Below are positions 11,335 to 26,080 of a stretch of DNA of 64,000 nt, piece after piece (within the stretch, counting starts at the first letter, position 1; each line of letters opens with the position of its first letter). The notes below the pieces were generated by a model that saw only the letters and a program-made list of their open reading frames with translations, was not told the DNA's origin and ran no database searches. A program made the position numbers and the translations under genes. This DNA is from Octopus vulgaris. Its lineage: Eukaryota. The stretch spans positions 33,852,001 to 33,916,000 of the forward strand of contig OX597826.1 in NCBI GenBank assembly GCA_951406725.2, written 5' to 3'.

Positions 11335-14194
11335 TATATATATATATATATATATGTCTATGCATGTGTATGCCTGTGAATATATGTAATAGCTATTAGT
11401 TCTTACCGTATCAACTGGTGTAGGCAAGAGTAAATACAGAAAAGCCGAATTAGTTTGCATAAAGAATTAAATAAAAAAAAACCTCACTTTAGCTCCCAAC
11501 TTCAAAGGACAGTTAACTCCGAAGAGATTGCCTTAGATGTCAACAAGGGTACTCGTTAAGTTTTTACGTCCCTACTGCAACCATTCACCATTTGACATTT
11601 TTAGAAAATCTTCATCAATGACGATATCACAGTAGATGCAAATCTAAAGGTATGAGTTGAAAATAGCTTAGTTACCACCTAGCAGATATTAGCAAGAGCA
11701 TCAACAACAAACCGTAGTAGAAGGATATCGCGTATCTTTTCAGATTAAAATAGTTATTTGATAAACCTGCAAATTGCTACAACAATACACTATTTATAGT
11801 AGACTTACATCAATTTTTTGTTTGTTTACTCCTAAACCTGAATCCCTTCCCAGTTAATGAAATCAAAACCAGCGAAGTCGATAACCGTAATATGGTCTTC
11901 TTCTGCTGTCTATATAGCCATACTGTAAACTCTAGCATGAACATGACTTTTCTGTGGAGAAAGCTGTTTCAATGGACAGAAATATTAACAGGCAAAACGT
12001 GAAGGTTAGTTACGGTTACTTGACAAATGTGGAATGCATATTTACAGGACTTAGAAGTCTCTGCATAAAAATATGAAAACAAATAGTATCGAATAAGAGT
12101 GAAACTATGAACATATTGAGTTATGTCTCCTGGAATAGAATACAAACCTGAACCAACACCTTCTGTAAAGTCTCTGCAGAATATTGGCATGTACCCAGAA
12201 GGTCTAACTAAACTATTAAACGCAAGACAACCATTTTATTTACGTTTACAAGGCTAGCTCTTGAAAAGCAAGTTATTGCCATCTGTGTTTCTTGCTAAAT
12301 GTATATACATCGTTGAAAGGCAATTTGATATGGTTTGCGTCTGAGAGACCATCCCTTCAAACACATAGTGTGTTAAAACACAATGTGTATCGGAGCGAAG
12401 CGAACATCGTTGCAACAGTGACTCATGAGAACGCCGGGCACGTTTTTCCCTTCCAGGGACAGTCAGTGGCTGTGCACCCATTCGTTACCTGCTTAAACAA
12501 AATTCGTGCTTTAATATAATACATTCACTGGTTTTACAGAAAGCTTTCCAGTTGCAGAACCAACTCAGTAGACACAAATGAAACAGAAAGAAATCATGCT
12601 TTTCTATGGTGTATACACATTTTGTATGATCTACATATGTCAATTTTAATTTAATGCTGTTAAATACACATACACACACACATACATATGCACACACACA
12701 CATACACCCACACACACACGTATATGCACGTTGGAATTCAACACAGAAATATCAAATTCAGTGATCAAGACAAAGGAATTATATACAAAGATATATATGA
12801 CTTCCAGTGCCATCTATTTATTTATTGCACCCTTTGTGGAATGCTTCCAGTCTAGAGGCAATCTTTTTATGTGATAGTTATTAAAGAAGAGGGAATACAG
12901 AGATGATCCATCAAAATATGACCTCCATCATTGCTGTGTATCATCATGAAGTAATGTAATCATCGATCTAAAATGCAGCAAGTCTGACGATAAAGCGATC
13001 TGAAGGGAATTCAGCTGTTGACCTTTACTAAACAATGCAGACATTTTGACTATCCTTTCTCAGATATAGAACAACAAGACTAGGCCAACAATAATTTCTT
13101 ATAGCTCCAAGCATCAAAGGAACTTTCACATTGTCTCGAACAGTAATTCATAACCGAAGAAAAATTCGGGTGTTCTAGTGAGAACATTGCTTAAGGTTGA
13201 AACATATTTTATCGTTATTCACAATTTATATTCTTGCCGGATTTCTTTTCTTTAATGTTGATTTCAAGAATATTAATATTAAAATAATAGAATGTTATAC
13301 AATTCTTTTTATATTGCATACCAGACTGCATCGTTGAGGTAAAATAGTAAAAAGGAAGAAAATGTAAAAAGAATATTACAGAAAGAAAGCTTTAGCACAG
13401 ATGTTCTCACCCCGGGGTGGCTACTCACACTGGTGGTGTGAAATGGTATTTCAAGGTATGTAACGAAAAGCTAAATTATTTCTTTATCGAAATCGTTTTT
13501 CAGAAGAAAATTATTCATTAACACTTAAAAAACACAAGCTATGTTCTATTAAGTATACCAAGATCATTATTATTCTACATTTGTATATTTAACCCTTAAG
13601 GATTATAACCAACCTGAGTGAATCTAGATTCAATTTCCTTTCTTCAACCAAATGTGCCTGAATCTACAAGGTGATCCCTGAACCATAACCAGCAAGAAAG
13701 GACTACATTTTTGGTAAAGTTATGAATAGAAAGCAAAAACAAAGAATTCTTGTATTTTATGTTCTCAATTGTGATTGACGCCCCTGCTTACAGTTTTATT
13801 TTGTGTGTTTGTTAATTGATCAATTTACATTCGAATTAAAAGGTTTTATTTCATTTTGACTTCAGTTTGTTTCTATATGGTGTGGAAAAAGAAATAAAGA
13901 ACAGAAGTGTCGTATGTTCACTGATATTTGTGGTAAATAGAAATGTCTTTCTAAGGCTGCGTGTAAAATGCTTAACAACATTCATTAACAATTAACAGAA
14001 GCTTTGTTTCCTGCACATAGTGTTTTCTATTTTGGTCTTTAAATGAAAAAGAAAAGCAACAATTTATAGACACCGGGAGAGACATATGACAAAATAGTTG
14101 GTGTATGTCAATCTGTGACCAGCCATCAAAAATGAAAAAAAAAGATAATAATAAATAAACAATTATGCTATTTAATAAACAATTATGCCAGTGA

Positions 14195-14524
14195 AGGCGC
14201 ATGGCTCAGTGGTTAGAGCATCGAGCTTACGATCGTGAGGTTGTGAGCTCGAATCCCGGACCGGGCTACGTGTTGTGTTCTTGAGCAAAGCACTTTATTT
14301 CACGTTGCTCCAGTTCACTCAGCTGTAGAAATGAGTTGCGACGTCACAGGTGCCAAGCTTTGTCTTTCCCTTGGATAACACTGGTGGCGTGGAGAGTGGA
14401 GGCTGGTATGCATGGGCGACTGCTGGTCTTCCATAAACAACCTTGCCCGGACTTGTGTCTAGGAGGGTAACTTTCTAGGTGCAATCCCATGGTCATTCAT
14501 GACCGAAGGGGGTCTTTACCTTTT
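14195..14524 (+). mobile_element. SINE family C (tRNA head plus CORE-like block), full length
   Basis: A box TGGCTCAGTGG, B-box-like GCTCGAATCC, CORE-like GTGTTCTTGAGCAAAGCACTT...CTCAGCTGTAGAAATGAGT; 5'-truncated copy at 45947-46161; decayed head near 21840. Confidence 0.85.
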
Positions 14525-14629
14525 ATACCATATTCATGATGGTAACAATCTCTACCTTCTATTTGATAACTGGCAAATGGAAAAAAAAAGAGAAGGGAGT
14601 CGTTATAGCAATTGACTCGGCATTCTGAA

Positions 14630-14800
14630 GTTACCACCAAAAATCCACCTTTTTGTAAGCTCATTAGAAGCTTCTAGAAAATCGAATCAGGTGGTGGCTT
14701 GACGCTGGTTGGTCAGTTAATCGGCCGATCGCGTGAAATGACAGTGATCTCATGTGGTATCGGCACAGCTAGCCAGCGATTCGGTTTCAATTCTGCTACG
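14630..14800 (+). repeat. Unclassified dispersed repeat (second copy 39989-40146)
   Basis: GTTACCACCAAAA.TCCACCTTTT...TCATTAGAAG.TTCTA...TAATCGGC.GATC.CGTGAAA.GACAGTGA shared by both copies. Confidence 0.65.
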
Positions 14801-15881
14801 GAGGTTATTTAGTTATTAGAAAATTGGTATTTCTGTCTTCATGTGTGATATAATTTTTGAAGTAAGCATGAAAATTAGTTTCCTAGGTGTGCAGAAACAA
14901 AAAAATTAGGTATTATGGGTTTATCACAACCATGCTAGTAACAGTAGATGCATAGGCACACCAAGGGTCTTGTGAAAAGGGGGAAAACGATGCAGGCACA
15001 TTGTTTTGATGCAGATATTACCCAAACTGCACCACATACACCTTCATTGCCTTAACAATAAAAATAAACCAAATAATTAATATCACACATTGCTTCCCTC
15101 CTTGCTGTTTTTTGATAAAACATGTGTTTCAGTTTTAATGCTTCAAAGCTTTACTATTTCTCGTCCACGTAATTGAATGTAAGATGGTTATGGAGTCCAG
15201 AAATATAATACGTGTGCAATGTAATTGTAAATCTGAGGAGTGTTAGTCTCGTTTAGATGATGTGTGAGACATATGTGAGATACTCGTATTACAAACCTCA
15301 CAGATATTCGCAGAGAAATCGAAAGTGAAGGAGCAAAGAGGAGAAAAACATTGCAAGATGTCAACTAACCGTGAAAAGAGAAAATCAAATCTAGTCGTAG
15401 AGTGACATAAATGCTGTTGATATATAAGTGATAATGGAGGACTCTTCGTCGCGATAGTCTTTAAACCAGCACTTAAAATCAAAGAAGCCATTATTTCACA
15501 TTAGTTATAGGCACTTGCAGTTAGCAGTTTATTATTCTGGGTTGTTTCATTTTGCATTATTATCAGTAATTTAATTATCATTAGTATGAAGATGTTCTGG
15601 AGTGGGTTGGGACAGTTTGGCAGCATCACCCAGTCTTGCAGTAATGATATGTTACGGTTCTGACAGGAATAGGAAACAACAATAACATCATCATCATCAT
15701 CATCATAAACAACAACAACAACGATAGAATGAATAAATAAAAGAATAAAATAAGTCTGCGTTTTTAAAGCCTTATCCTTTCATGAAAAGCTAATTAGGAA
15801 AATTAGCCGAACAAAAGGAAAGGCTTAGATGAAATGGACAGACCTAATTGCCTTGATTAGGACACATGCAAATCCAATCCT

Positions 15882-16040
<159 letters not shown>

Positions 16041-16617
16041 ATCCTTTCTATTATACGCACAAGGTCCGGAATTTTGTGGGTGGGGGCTAGTCGATTACAT
16101 CAACCCCAGTGCACAACCAGTACTTATTTCATGAGCCCCGAAAGAATGAAAGGAAAGTCAAACTCGACGGAATTTGAACTCAGCTCGTTAAGACGGATGA
16201 AATGCTGCTAAACATTTAAGGCGGTGAGCTAGCAGAAGCGTTAGCATGCTGGGCGAAATGCTTAGTGGTATTTCGTCTGCTGTTACGTTGTGAGTTCAAA
16301 TCCCGCCGAGGTCGACTTTGCCTTTCATCCTTTCGGGGTCGATTAAATAAGTACCAGTTACGCACTGGGTCGATATAATCGACTTAATCCGTTTGTCTGT
16401 CCTTGTTTGTCCCCTCTGTGTTTAGCCCCTTGTGGGTAGTAAAGAAATAAGTATTTCGTCTGTCTTTACGTTCTGAATTCAAATTCCGCCGAAGTCGACT
16501 TTGCTTTTCATCCTTTCGGGGTCGATAGATTAAGTACTAGTTGCGAACTGGGGTCGATCTAATCGATTGGCCCCTCCCTTCAAAATATCGTGCCTTGTGC
16601 CTAGAGTAGAAAAGAAT
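16041..16617. mobile_element. SINE family B cluster: minus copy (16041-16215) next to a plus tandem pair (16218-16617)
   Basis: Conserved block GGTCGACTTTGC.TTTCATCCTTTCGGGGTCGA at ~16311 and ~16493. Confidence 0.85.
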
Positions 16618-16849
16618 GCTGCCAAACATTTTGTTTGGTTTATATTATATCATCGCCCCTCACCCAGTACTTGACTGGAACTTTGTTTTCTCAATTCCAA
16701 AAGAGTGAAAAGCAAAGTTGTGAGAAACGCAGGCCCCCAAATACCTAGGATACAATAAGTCAACAAACTAAAGTAATTAAAAAACAAAGCAAAACAAAAA
16801 GGTTTGAAGGAATTTTATCGACATATTGAATTAATACTTGAATCCTATA

Positions 16850-17378
<529 letters not shown>

Positions 17379-18772
17379 GAACTGGGCAAAAGAGATAAAA
17401 AAAGGCAAGAGGTTCCAATACTTTTGTTATACCGGTAATCAGTTTTAGTGATAACATTGTTAATTCGACGCTGAAAAACAAGCAAGACTAGATAGAAAAT
17501 AAATACAGTATTTAGAATACGCCACACAAAATCTTTTATCGAATGACTAAATGTTATATAGTTGAGACGAATATTGAGTGTTAGAGATATTTAAGCAAGT
17601 AGAAATATTGTATGAATGCGAATATGTCTTGTAAAGGCTTATGGAAAGTTAATGTGAGTAGCTACGAAACACGAATAAAACAAAACTGCTTGCTGTCTTC
17701 ATTGAAGGCAAGAAGAAGAAAACAGAGACTAAAATGATAGTAACGCGGAGAAAGGAGAAACTATAAAAGGAATCAGGAAAGGCTTAAAAACTCAGCTAAG
17801 CTAAAAATGGGGCTATAAAACATGAAGCTAAAGCGATGTCAAGAAAAAAGCCCGTGTAAGATCAACACCTGACAAAACTGACAAGGTGAAAGCGATACAG
17901 ATAATTCAAAGTACTGACAGCAGTATGGCACGGCATGTTTTACAAAATATAATGTTTCATATGAAAAAGATTATAAAACACGCGCAGAAGTAGATAAATC
18001 CATAATAGACGAAGACTGGAGCAAATCTGTAAAACATTTTGTAAATAAACAATTAAAGAGTAAAATAAATTGTTAAGAACAATTAACCACACACACAAAG
18101 AAAAACACACTCAGGTGGAACTTCGCAACTCTGATAACCGTCCGCTCTGATCACTTTCCTTGACCTCAAGTGGCCTGAACTCTTTACATGAACACCACCC
18201 TGTACTTAACTCCATGTCCCCCTACATGGCCTTGCTTTTTGCTTTTGAGCCAAAAAATTAACTAACTAACTAACTTTCTGTAGTCAAAGTCCCCCAAATA
18301 TAACCATACCTTCAACTTGAGATGATCTGAGATGGCCTGTTAAGAATTTTACTTTCGGCTGATTGTGACGCTTGTCTTCGGAATTAGACCATGTGAAGAG
18401 TCTTGATTTCTGTTCATAGTAACCCGTTATCTACAGGTACATCATTTGTATGGCTTTCAAAAGTAATCTATCGTCTAGGCGAACCTGATATTCGGTCTTC
18501 GCCTTCTTAGAGTACTATTTGTCTTGTCATCTTTTACATATGTATTTAGTTCGTTTTGTTTTGTTACGCCGTCAAGGTCAACGACATGGTTCTTGGTGTC
18601 TTTCGTGAGAAATACTGAGTGTTTGTCATAGTATTTTCAAGGGACAATACAATGGCTGCTTCATGTTGCCCATTTTTGGCCCTTTTAAATTGTGAAAGAT
18701 TTTTTCAACGAGATTCTTAAAAATTCACCTCACTTTTCTGGATATTCACAAAGTGAAGAGCCCGGACAAATA

Positions 18773-19231
18773 ATCCTTTCTACTACGGGCACAAGGGTCT
18801 GACATTTTGCGGTGGGGGTGCTAATCGCTTAGATCGACCCAAGTGTTCGACTGATACTTATTTTCATTGACTCCGAAAAGATGAAAGGTAAAGTCAACAT
18901 CAGCGGAATTTCAACTCAGAACGTAAAGACGGACGAAATGTTGTTAAGTATTTTGTCCGGCATGCAAACAATTCTGCCAACTCGCCGCCTTAAAGCCAGA
19001 ACAAAAAAAACTTTTCTGCTTTTGGTACGAGACTTGAAATTTTGGTGTGTGTGTGGTGGGGAAGTCGATTACATTGATTCCAGTGCTTCCGTAGTACATC
19101 TTTTATCGGCCCCGAAAGGATAAAAGCAAAGTCGACCTCGGCGAAATTTGAACTCAGAACGTAAAGATGGACGAACTGCCGCTAAGCATTCTGTCCGGCG
19201 TTCTAACGATTCTGCCAGCTTGCCGCCTTAA
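18773..19231 (-). mobile_element. Two tandem SINE family B copies
   Basis: Each ends ...TTCTGCCA.CT.GCCGCCTTAAAGCC on the plus strand (about 18990 and 19230). Confidence 0.85.
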
Positions 19232-19267
19232 AGCCGCAGAAAATAATAAAGAAAAGTATTTTGTTCC

Positions 19268-19465
19268 GGAGATGTACTTGCATAGCAAGTGACCTGATCT
19301 GAGATCGTGTGCTGGCACGAAAACAATTGCAGCGTGGAAGGTGTTTATAAGCCAATTAAGAAACACACAAAATCCGTTAGATTCACTTCAACATTTAAGT
19401 TTAATTTATCAAAATATTTTCGTCGCTTTGAGACCGCGACCTGTTCACTGACAAAATTCCGTGCT
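19268..19465 (-). mobile_element. Single-arm copy of HHR family G; G3-C8 hammerhead-like motif at 19405-19455
   Basis: Closely similar to 9298-9437 plus 9557-9614; minus TTTGTCA GTGAACA G GTCGC...GCGAC GAAA ATATTT TGATAAA. Confidence 0.75.
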
Positions 19466-20569
19466 GTATTTTGTTCGCGGCTGCAATAATTCCGCTAGTT
19501 CAGAGCCAAGGAAAAATACAGAGAGGCAGAGGTCATATGCAGCTAGAATTACTTTGTGAATACATATATATCCTAGAAAAAAGAAAAAACTCATAGAAAG
19601 CCAAAGTTGATCTGAGCTCACAATATAAGATCCGGACCAAATATCACAAGGCATTTTCTCGGATGCTCTACCAACTCAGCCAGTTCGTTGCTCATTTTTA
19701 GAGTATGCTAGGATAATTCCTTCCAGTTCTATCGGCACAAAACTATCGACACAATAATAAGGAAACAAGAGATATAACTAGATTAAACGAAGAGGCAGCC
19801 ACTGTTGGAGTGTCTAACCATTATAATATATGGTTAGATACTCCAGAGAGTGGTCTAGTTTTGTCTCTTGTTTCTTTATAATTGTGCCGACAGTTTTCTC
19901 ATCTTTCTCCGGGCTTCATTACCTACACATCACTGCAAAATAAATCAAATGGCACTGCTACTTGTAGCCCATGTAGCTGGCTTTGGGCTGGATCAGGAGA
20001 TTCTTGACCTTGGAACTGTAACTGGTAATGCAGTACGAGCAGAGATATCAACTCTCATGATCCTCATCCCTCGCACCGTTGTCTGTTCTAATTCTGCTTG
20101 TTGTCCTCATTTATTTATATTTTTCTTTTCCGAGCAGAAAGCCTTCTAAAGGTTCTTACTACCACATGTGTAGCAGTTGGACTTGTGGTCAGCCCCAAAC
20201 ATTTTATTGATGTTTTTCTCTTCGTTGTCTGAACGTATAACTCCATGGCAGCAATGTGACCCTCGGAGGTCATCAGAACATACAAGGCAATGCACTCTTC
20301 ACCAGACCCATATCACATGTTATTGTAAATCACGTCTACATTCAGCATTCGTCCATCCCCGTGTCACAAAAGCGACGACAACCCAAATGCCAACGTCAGT
20401 ATCAACATCACTAGTAAAAAATCGCAGTTAAAATTCTCTCGAATAGCATACCACTGTTACAAAGGGAAGAATGCACTTGGCACGTTTATGTCTTGGATGG
20501 AGGAAAATGACGGCTCGGTTATATAAACGGAATCATTTTGATCGTAGGTCTACAACACCGCTGAAGAAG

Positions 20570-20812
20570 GAAGAAGAAGAAGAAGAAGAAGAAGAAGAAG
20601 AAGAAGAAGAAGAAGAAGAAGAAGAAGAAGAAGAAGAAGAAGAAGAAGAAGAAGAAGAAGAAGAAGAAGAAGAAGAAGAAGAAGAAGAAGAAGAAGAAGA
20701 AGAAGAAGAAGAAGAAGAAGAAGAAGAAGAAGAAGAAGAAGAAGACGACGACGACGACGACGAAGAAGAAGAAGAAGAAGAAGAAGAAGAAGAAGAAGAA
20801 GAAGAAGAAGAA
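20570..20812. repeat. (GAA)58(GAC)6(GAA)17 microsatellite
   Basis: Read directly (counts by hand). Confidence 0.95.
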
Positions 20813-21391
20813 GGAGGAGGCGGCGGCGGTACTGTTGCCACCATCACCAACAACAGCAACAGATTAGTTATACACAAAAGTAAGAAATATGAAAACTTGA
20901 GAGTCTAAAAGAACGGTCGTAGAAACACAGCCATCGTTTATTGTAATAGAAACTTGTGTTTTTGTTGTCCCAGAATCTCAAAGACGTGGAACTACAGAGA
21001 ACACGATACTTGACTTTGGCACAACCCACCGACCTGCACCCAATACGTTTTGGAGAGAATGGTAAATGTATTCTTCCAAGGTGGAACAGAACTACTAGTG
21101 AACATTTAATCCCTTTTCGGGGGAAGATTTTTCTGCTTGAAATGTCAAACTTCTCATTTCACTTGAAGCAAAATAATTTATTCCACTTTGGGAATTTTTT
21201 GTATACCTCATAAAAATTTGATCTTAGAAACTAAAGATGATCACTAAATACCGCAAGGCACTGAATCTGATCCAGATTTTTTTTTCATTGTTACATTCAG
21301 ACTAGTCTGTCATTAAATAATTATATGAATGAAACATACAAACTCCGTGAAATATGCATATGTTGTTATTCATTTTAGTTTAGCTTAATAC

Positions 21392-21787
21392 TTTCTAATT
21401 TTGGTACAAGGCCAGCAATTTTGAAGGGAGGTAGAAATTCAATTACATTGATCCCAGTATTTGAATGGTATTTTATCGATCCCTGGAATGATGAAAGGCA
21501 AAGCAGCTCTCAGCATGATTTGAATTCAGAACGTAAAGACCCAAGAAATACCTATTTCTTTACTGCCCACAAGGGGCTAAACACAGAGAGGACAAACAAG
21601 GACAGACAAACGGATTAAGTCGATTATATCGACCTCAGTGCGTAACTGGTACTTATTTAATCGACCCCGAATGGATGAAAGGCAAAGTCAACCTCGGCGG
21701 AATTTGAACTCAGAACGTAGCTGCCGACGAAATACCGCTAAGCAATTTGTCCGACGCGCCAATGATTCTGTCAGCTCGCTGCCTTAA
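21392..21787 (-). mobile_element. SINE family B tandem pair
   Basis: Two GATGAAAGGCAAAG...TTTGAA.TCAGAACGTA blocks joined by CCTATTTCTTTACTGCCCACAAGGGG. Confidence 0.85.
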
Positions 21788-22761
21788 CGTTGTTTATGAT
21801 AACAGATTACAAATAAAATTGATTGCTAGCGAAGGCGAATGGGTTAGGGATTAGCAGTGTCGGACTCACAATTGTAAAGTTGTGGTTTCGTTTCTCGGAC
21901 TAGGCAGTGTACCGTGTCCTTGAGTAAGAATGACTCCTGTGGAAATGAGTATCAACAACAGTTATGGGTCAATCGTACGACGGATTGGATTCCCGTTCAG
22001 AAAGTAGGGAATATTGTATTCTCAGTCGCCTGTATGCCGTAGAAACCTGGATGATCTCTTTCCAATGGATCTGAAGGCTCTACAACAATGATAACAATAT
22101 TTTAATTGTTTGATAATGCAATGCCAGTGAAGTCTGCAATTTCAATAATCTCAAAATCTAAGCCGTGTTTCTGTGAATGTCCTGGTATATTCCACAATTT
22201 ATATTCTATAGTAAGACTATTCTAAATGTATACCTGTATGAGAGCTGTTTTATCATTATTATTATTCTTTTTTGCTTTTGTAAAATCTTCGTGGAGCTGG
22301 GTTGCATGCTGATACTCAACCATCTTTCCTTGACTGGGCTTTAAGCCAGCTACAGCAGAGTTTTCAAAGAGTCCCTTGATGTGAATACCGAAAGAATGAA
22401 TACATATGAAGGACCGGTCAACGAACATCTGGCCCCAGAGAACCCAGGAAGGCCTCAAACGCATGAAAGCCAGTTGGACAGGAGCTGGAAGTGGAAGCAC
22501 TGAGTGACTGATCAACTCCACTAAAGAAGGCTCGTTCTTTATGGATCTCACAAAATGGGAAGCTCTAAGTCTAAACGAATTAAATGAAAGCAGCATATTG
22601 GCAGGTTTGGGCATATAATCCCTTGAATCGTTAGAACGATGATTAAAGGGCCATGCGATATTTTTTCCATTTCCCTGCACTTTGAACTCAAATAACACTG
22701 AGGTCACGTTCTTGTAGTGATTGATACCAGACGTGTGTGTATTGAATCTTCTCTCCTGCTA

Positions 22762-22805
<44 letters not shown>

Positions 22806-23668
22806 CCTCTCACTCTCTCTCTCTCTCCTCCCTCTCACTCTCTCTCTCTTGGGGTTTCATTTCAGTATGAGAAAGGTTATGGACAACCACTCATAGCATC
22901 CCTTACTCAGAGATGGAGAAGGGTTGAGTGAGGAGACAACAATCTTGTCTTCAAGAAAAAATGTTATAATACTAAAACTGCTGCAGAGTGGACCGAGGAG
23001 GAAGAGGCACAGTGTAAAACAGAAATAAAAGAAGACTTAAGATACACCAGTGATAGACCAGTGTAAGATCTTTGCTGAAATACAAACATGCATGTATGGT
23101 AACAAATTTGAAATTATATTCAGGCATACCTATTGTGCTGTGACGACTGGCATGCCAAAAAATAGGCCCTATGTTTTCGCTGTGTGTCGTAGAAGGCGAC
23201 CAAATAAGGTTTAGGTAGGATCTGCTCTCTGACCTCGTAAAACCCTCACCATCAACGAATACCCAAACAGACCCATAGGCTGGAGAGCTTTCGCCTGAGT
23301 GGTGCTAGATTGTCAACCACAAGATTTAGTATGGAATCCCCAACAGATGGTAGATGCAGCGACGCGCCGTTACAGCGCATGTCCCCATACTGCTGTTGCT
23401 ACTGCTGTTGTTACTACTACTACTATTACTACTTAGGTACAGGTGGGGGGCAATGTACATGCATATACTTAGGGATTTGTTAGATGTCTTAAGTTCTTTG
23501 CTATTAAGAGTAAAGATATTTCTATGAGAGACAACAAAATGGGGGAAGAAATATTGTAGAAAACAAAGAAAGCGAACTCATCAGATACATCAAGGAATCT
23601 GGTTCCAGTTGATTATAAGACAAATGGCACACACACACACGCACACACGTGCACACGTGCACACGCAC

Positions 23669-23714
23669 ATGCAGAGTTGATGATATCTTGGAAATGCTTC
23701 CGTAGCTTGGATGA
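23669..23714 (-). other. Candidate 46-nt exon
   Basis: Pyrimidine-rich run ending CCGCAG, open frames (SSKLRKHFQDIINSA or HPSYGSISKISSTLH), GTGCGT donor; no homology recognised. Confidence 0.2.
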
Positions 23715-24105
23715 CTGCGGTGGGAATGGCGGCAGCAGTTGTTGGAGAAATAGCATAGGTGTGGGCGTTGGTGGCGGAAAGTAAATATTGCTTTAGCAGC
23801 ATTCAACTTTTGGCCATGGCAACGCTTCCCATCAACCACACGGCAATAATAAACATAACAACAACAACAACGGCAAGAACTACAATAACAAATATACCCA
23901 CAAGAAGGAGAGGAAGAAGAAGAACAACAACAACAACAATAGTAATGATTATAACGAAATAAAAAAGAAAACAAATACAACTTCAGCAAAACTAAAATAT
24001 TTTAGTTTGCTGAAGAAGAGGAAGAAAAAAAAGGAAAAGCAATGAAGGAAAAAAACGTGTAATTTAGTAATTTAATATGTTTAACGCCAAAATAATAATT
24101 ATACA

Positions 24106-24246
<141 letters not shown>

Positions 24247-25268
24247 ATCAGATACATCATCATCATCGTCATCATGGTCGTCGTCATTGTCGTTGTCGTC
24301 GTCATCATCGTCATACATAATTTGTTCGATACCTTCATTATGACTATTGATACTGTCATCAATCTTATTTTTCATCGTCGTCATCGTTATCGCTGTCGCC
24401 ATCGCTGCCGCTATCATCATCATCATCATCATCATCATCTTCCCTTCTCATTTGGGGGAAAAAAATATTATCAATTAACCACTAAATCCACCGTCAGCAA
24501 CTTCCACTCCTCCCCCTCTTCTTTCTCTCCGATTTCCGCCCCTCCTTCATCTCTTCCCCTTCTTTTCCCCCTCCTCCTCCTCCGCTTCATCCCCTCCTCC
24601 ACTCCATCATCTCTTGCTCCTCCCCTCATCCTCTTCTTCCTCCTCCTCCTCGAGTTATTCTCTCCACTATCACCGCCGCAAGAACCACGTTAGTCCTTTA
24701 CTACTATTACCCCCTCCCCTCCCTACATTGTAAGCGCAAAACCTCACCACCACCGCCACCACCACCATTACCACCAATGCCACCACCAACGCCACCACCA
24801 TTGTCCCGTCATGCTCTTGTTCTTGCAGACGAATCACATCAGTCTTTAGTTTTAGTTCCATCTCCCCAAACCCTTTGTCATTCTCAACGACAGATCGAAA
24901 GAAAGAAATACAGAGAGAGAGAAAGAGAGAAAGAAAGAGAGAGAGAGAGAGAGGGTGGATAGCGAGAAGGAAAGAATAGGATGAGGCGGTGTTGGGGAGG
25001 CCTGGGGGTGTTCTGGGAGACAACATGTAACCCACCCCACCCATCCCTAAAATCATCCTCCATTGATGTACAGATTAAAAAACAACAACAGTAACAAAGC
25101 AACGAATACACAAACAATATGTTACATGCCTCCGTTAGCAGGTAAACTTGATTGCCGAAGGGGCTGGACGGATGTTCGGAATTCCTCGCAACAACCTCTA
25201 CCAAAGATGAAATCTTCAGAAAGGCGTCTCCAAGGATTGTCGGCGGATTAGCCTGCCCGACCCCTTAC

Positions 25269-25402
25269 CTCTCCGCTTCTTCTCTAATTCTAAGATACAA
25301 CATCTTTCTCAAGCCTGACGACAATGGTAAACATTCTGCAAATTTATCAATGTTCAGAGATAAAGCTAAATATTTTTGCAATTTCGTTCCTTCTGGAAAC
25401 TT
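25269..25402 (-). other. Candidate exon in a unique-sequence island
   Basis: T-rich run then TTCAG acceptor (alternatives at 25393 and 25336); strong AG|GTAAGG donor at 25268; open frame ...KMLYLRIREEAE. Confidence 0.25.
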
Positions 25403-25602
25403 CTGAAGTACCATGAATAAATGAATAAATAAGAATAAATAAACAAACAAACAAATAAATTTAGAAATAAAAGCAAAAAAAAGAAAAACTCCCAGATAAA
25501 ATAAGATTTAAAAAGATACAAAAATCTCTGCAGAAAAGTTTTCAGAAAATGTTATTTTGATATTGTATACATAGATATGTACTTACATGCCAACATACGT
25601 AA

Positions 25603-25679
<77 letters not shown>

Positions 25680-25897
25680 CATACATACATACATGCGTTC
25701 CTGCCTATATTTTAATATTTACGCAGTATTTGTAGTTTAAAAATAATTTATGCACTGGTTATATCTATGCATCTATGTATGCTGTATGTATGCATGTATT
25801 TCATGTACATATGCACAGGTGTATACATGCATATAAATATGTCTCTATATGCGCGCGTGTATATCTATCTATCTATATATATATATATATGCTTCAC

Positions 25898-26080
25898 TTT
25901 TGGATTTGGTTTACAAGATTCTTAATGTGAGTTCGTGTGTTGAAGCATATTTTGTTGTCTGGGGATGGTCATTCTCTTTTAGTGCCTTATTATTTAACAT
26001 ACTCACTGGTAAAGTTTCCACTCATTTACTTAGTTATTTTTCTAAAATTTTCGTTGCGTCTTGCAACCTTTTCAATAGTC
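25898..26080 (-). mobile_element. HHR-bearing element family U; U3-A8 hammerhead-like motif at 26042-26080
   Basis: Minus: GACTA TTGAAAA G GTTGC AAGAC GCAAC GAAA ATTT TAG; relatives at 6610-6720 and 52506-52808. Confidence 0.65.

Noticed and set aside
11400-12600. Possible decayed DNA transposon coding sequence (also 17470-18760, 19790-20560, 22220-22740, 36720-38850)
   Set aside because: Looks like old element relics but I could not read diagnostic motifs reliably
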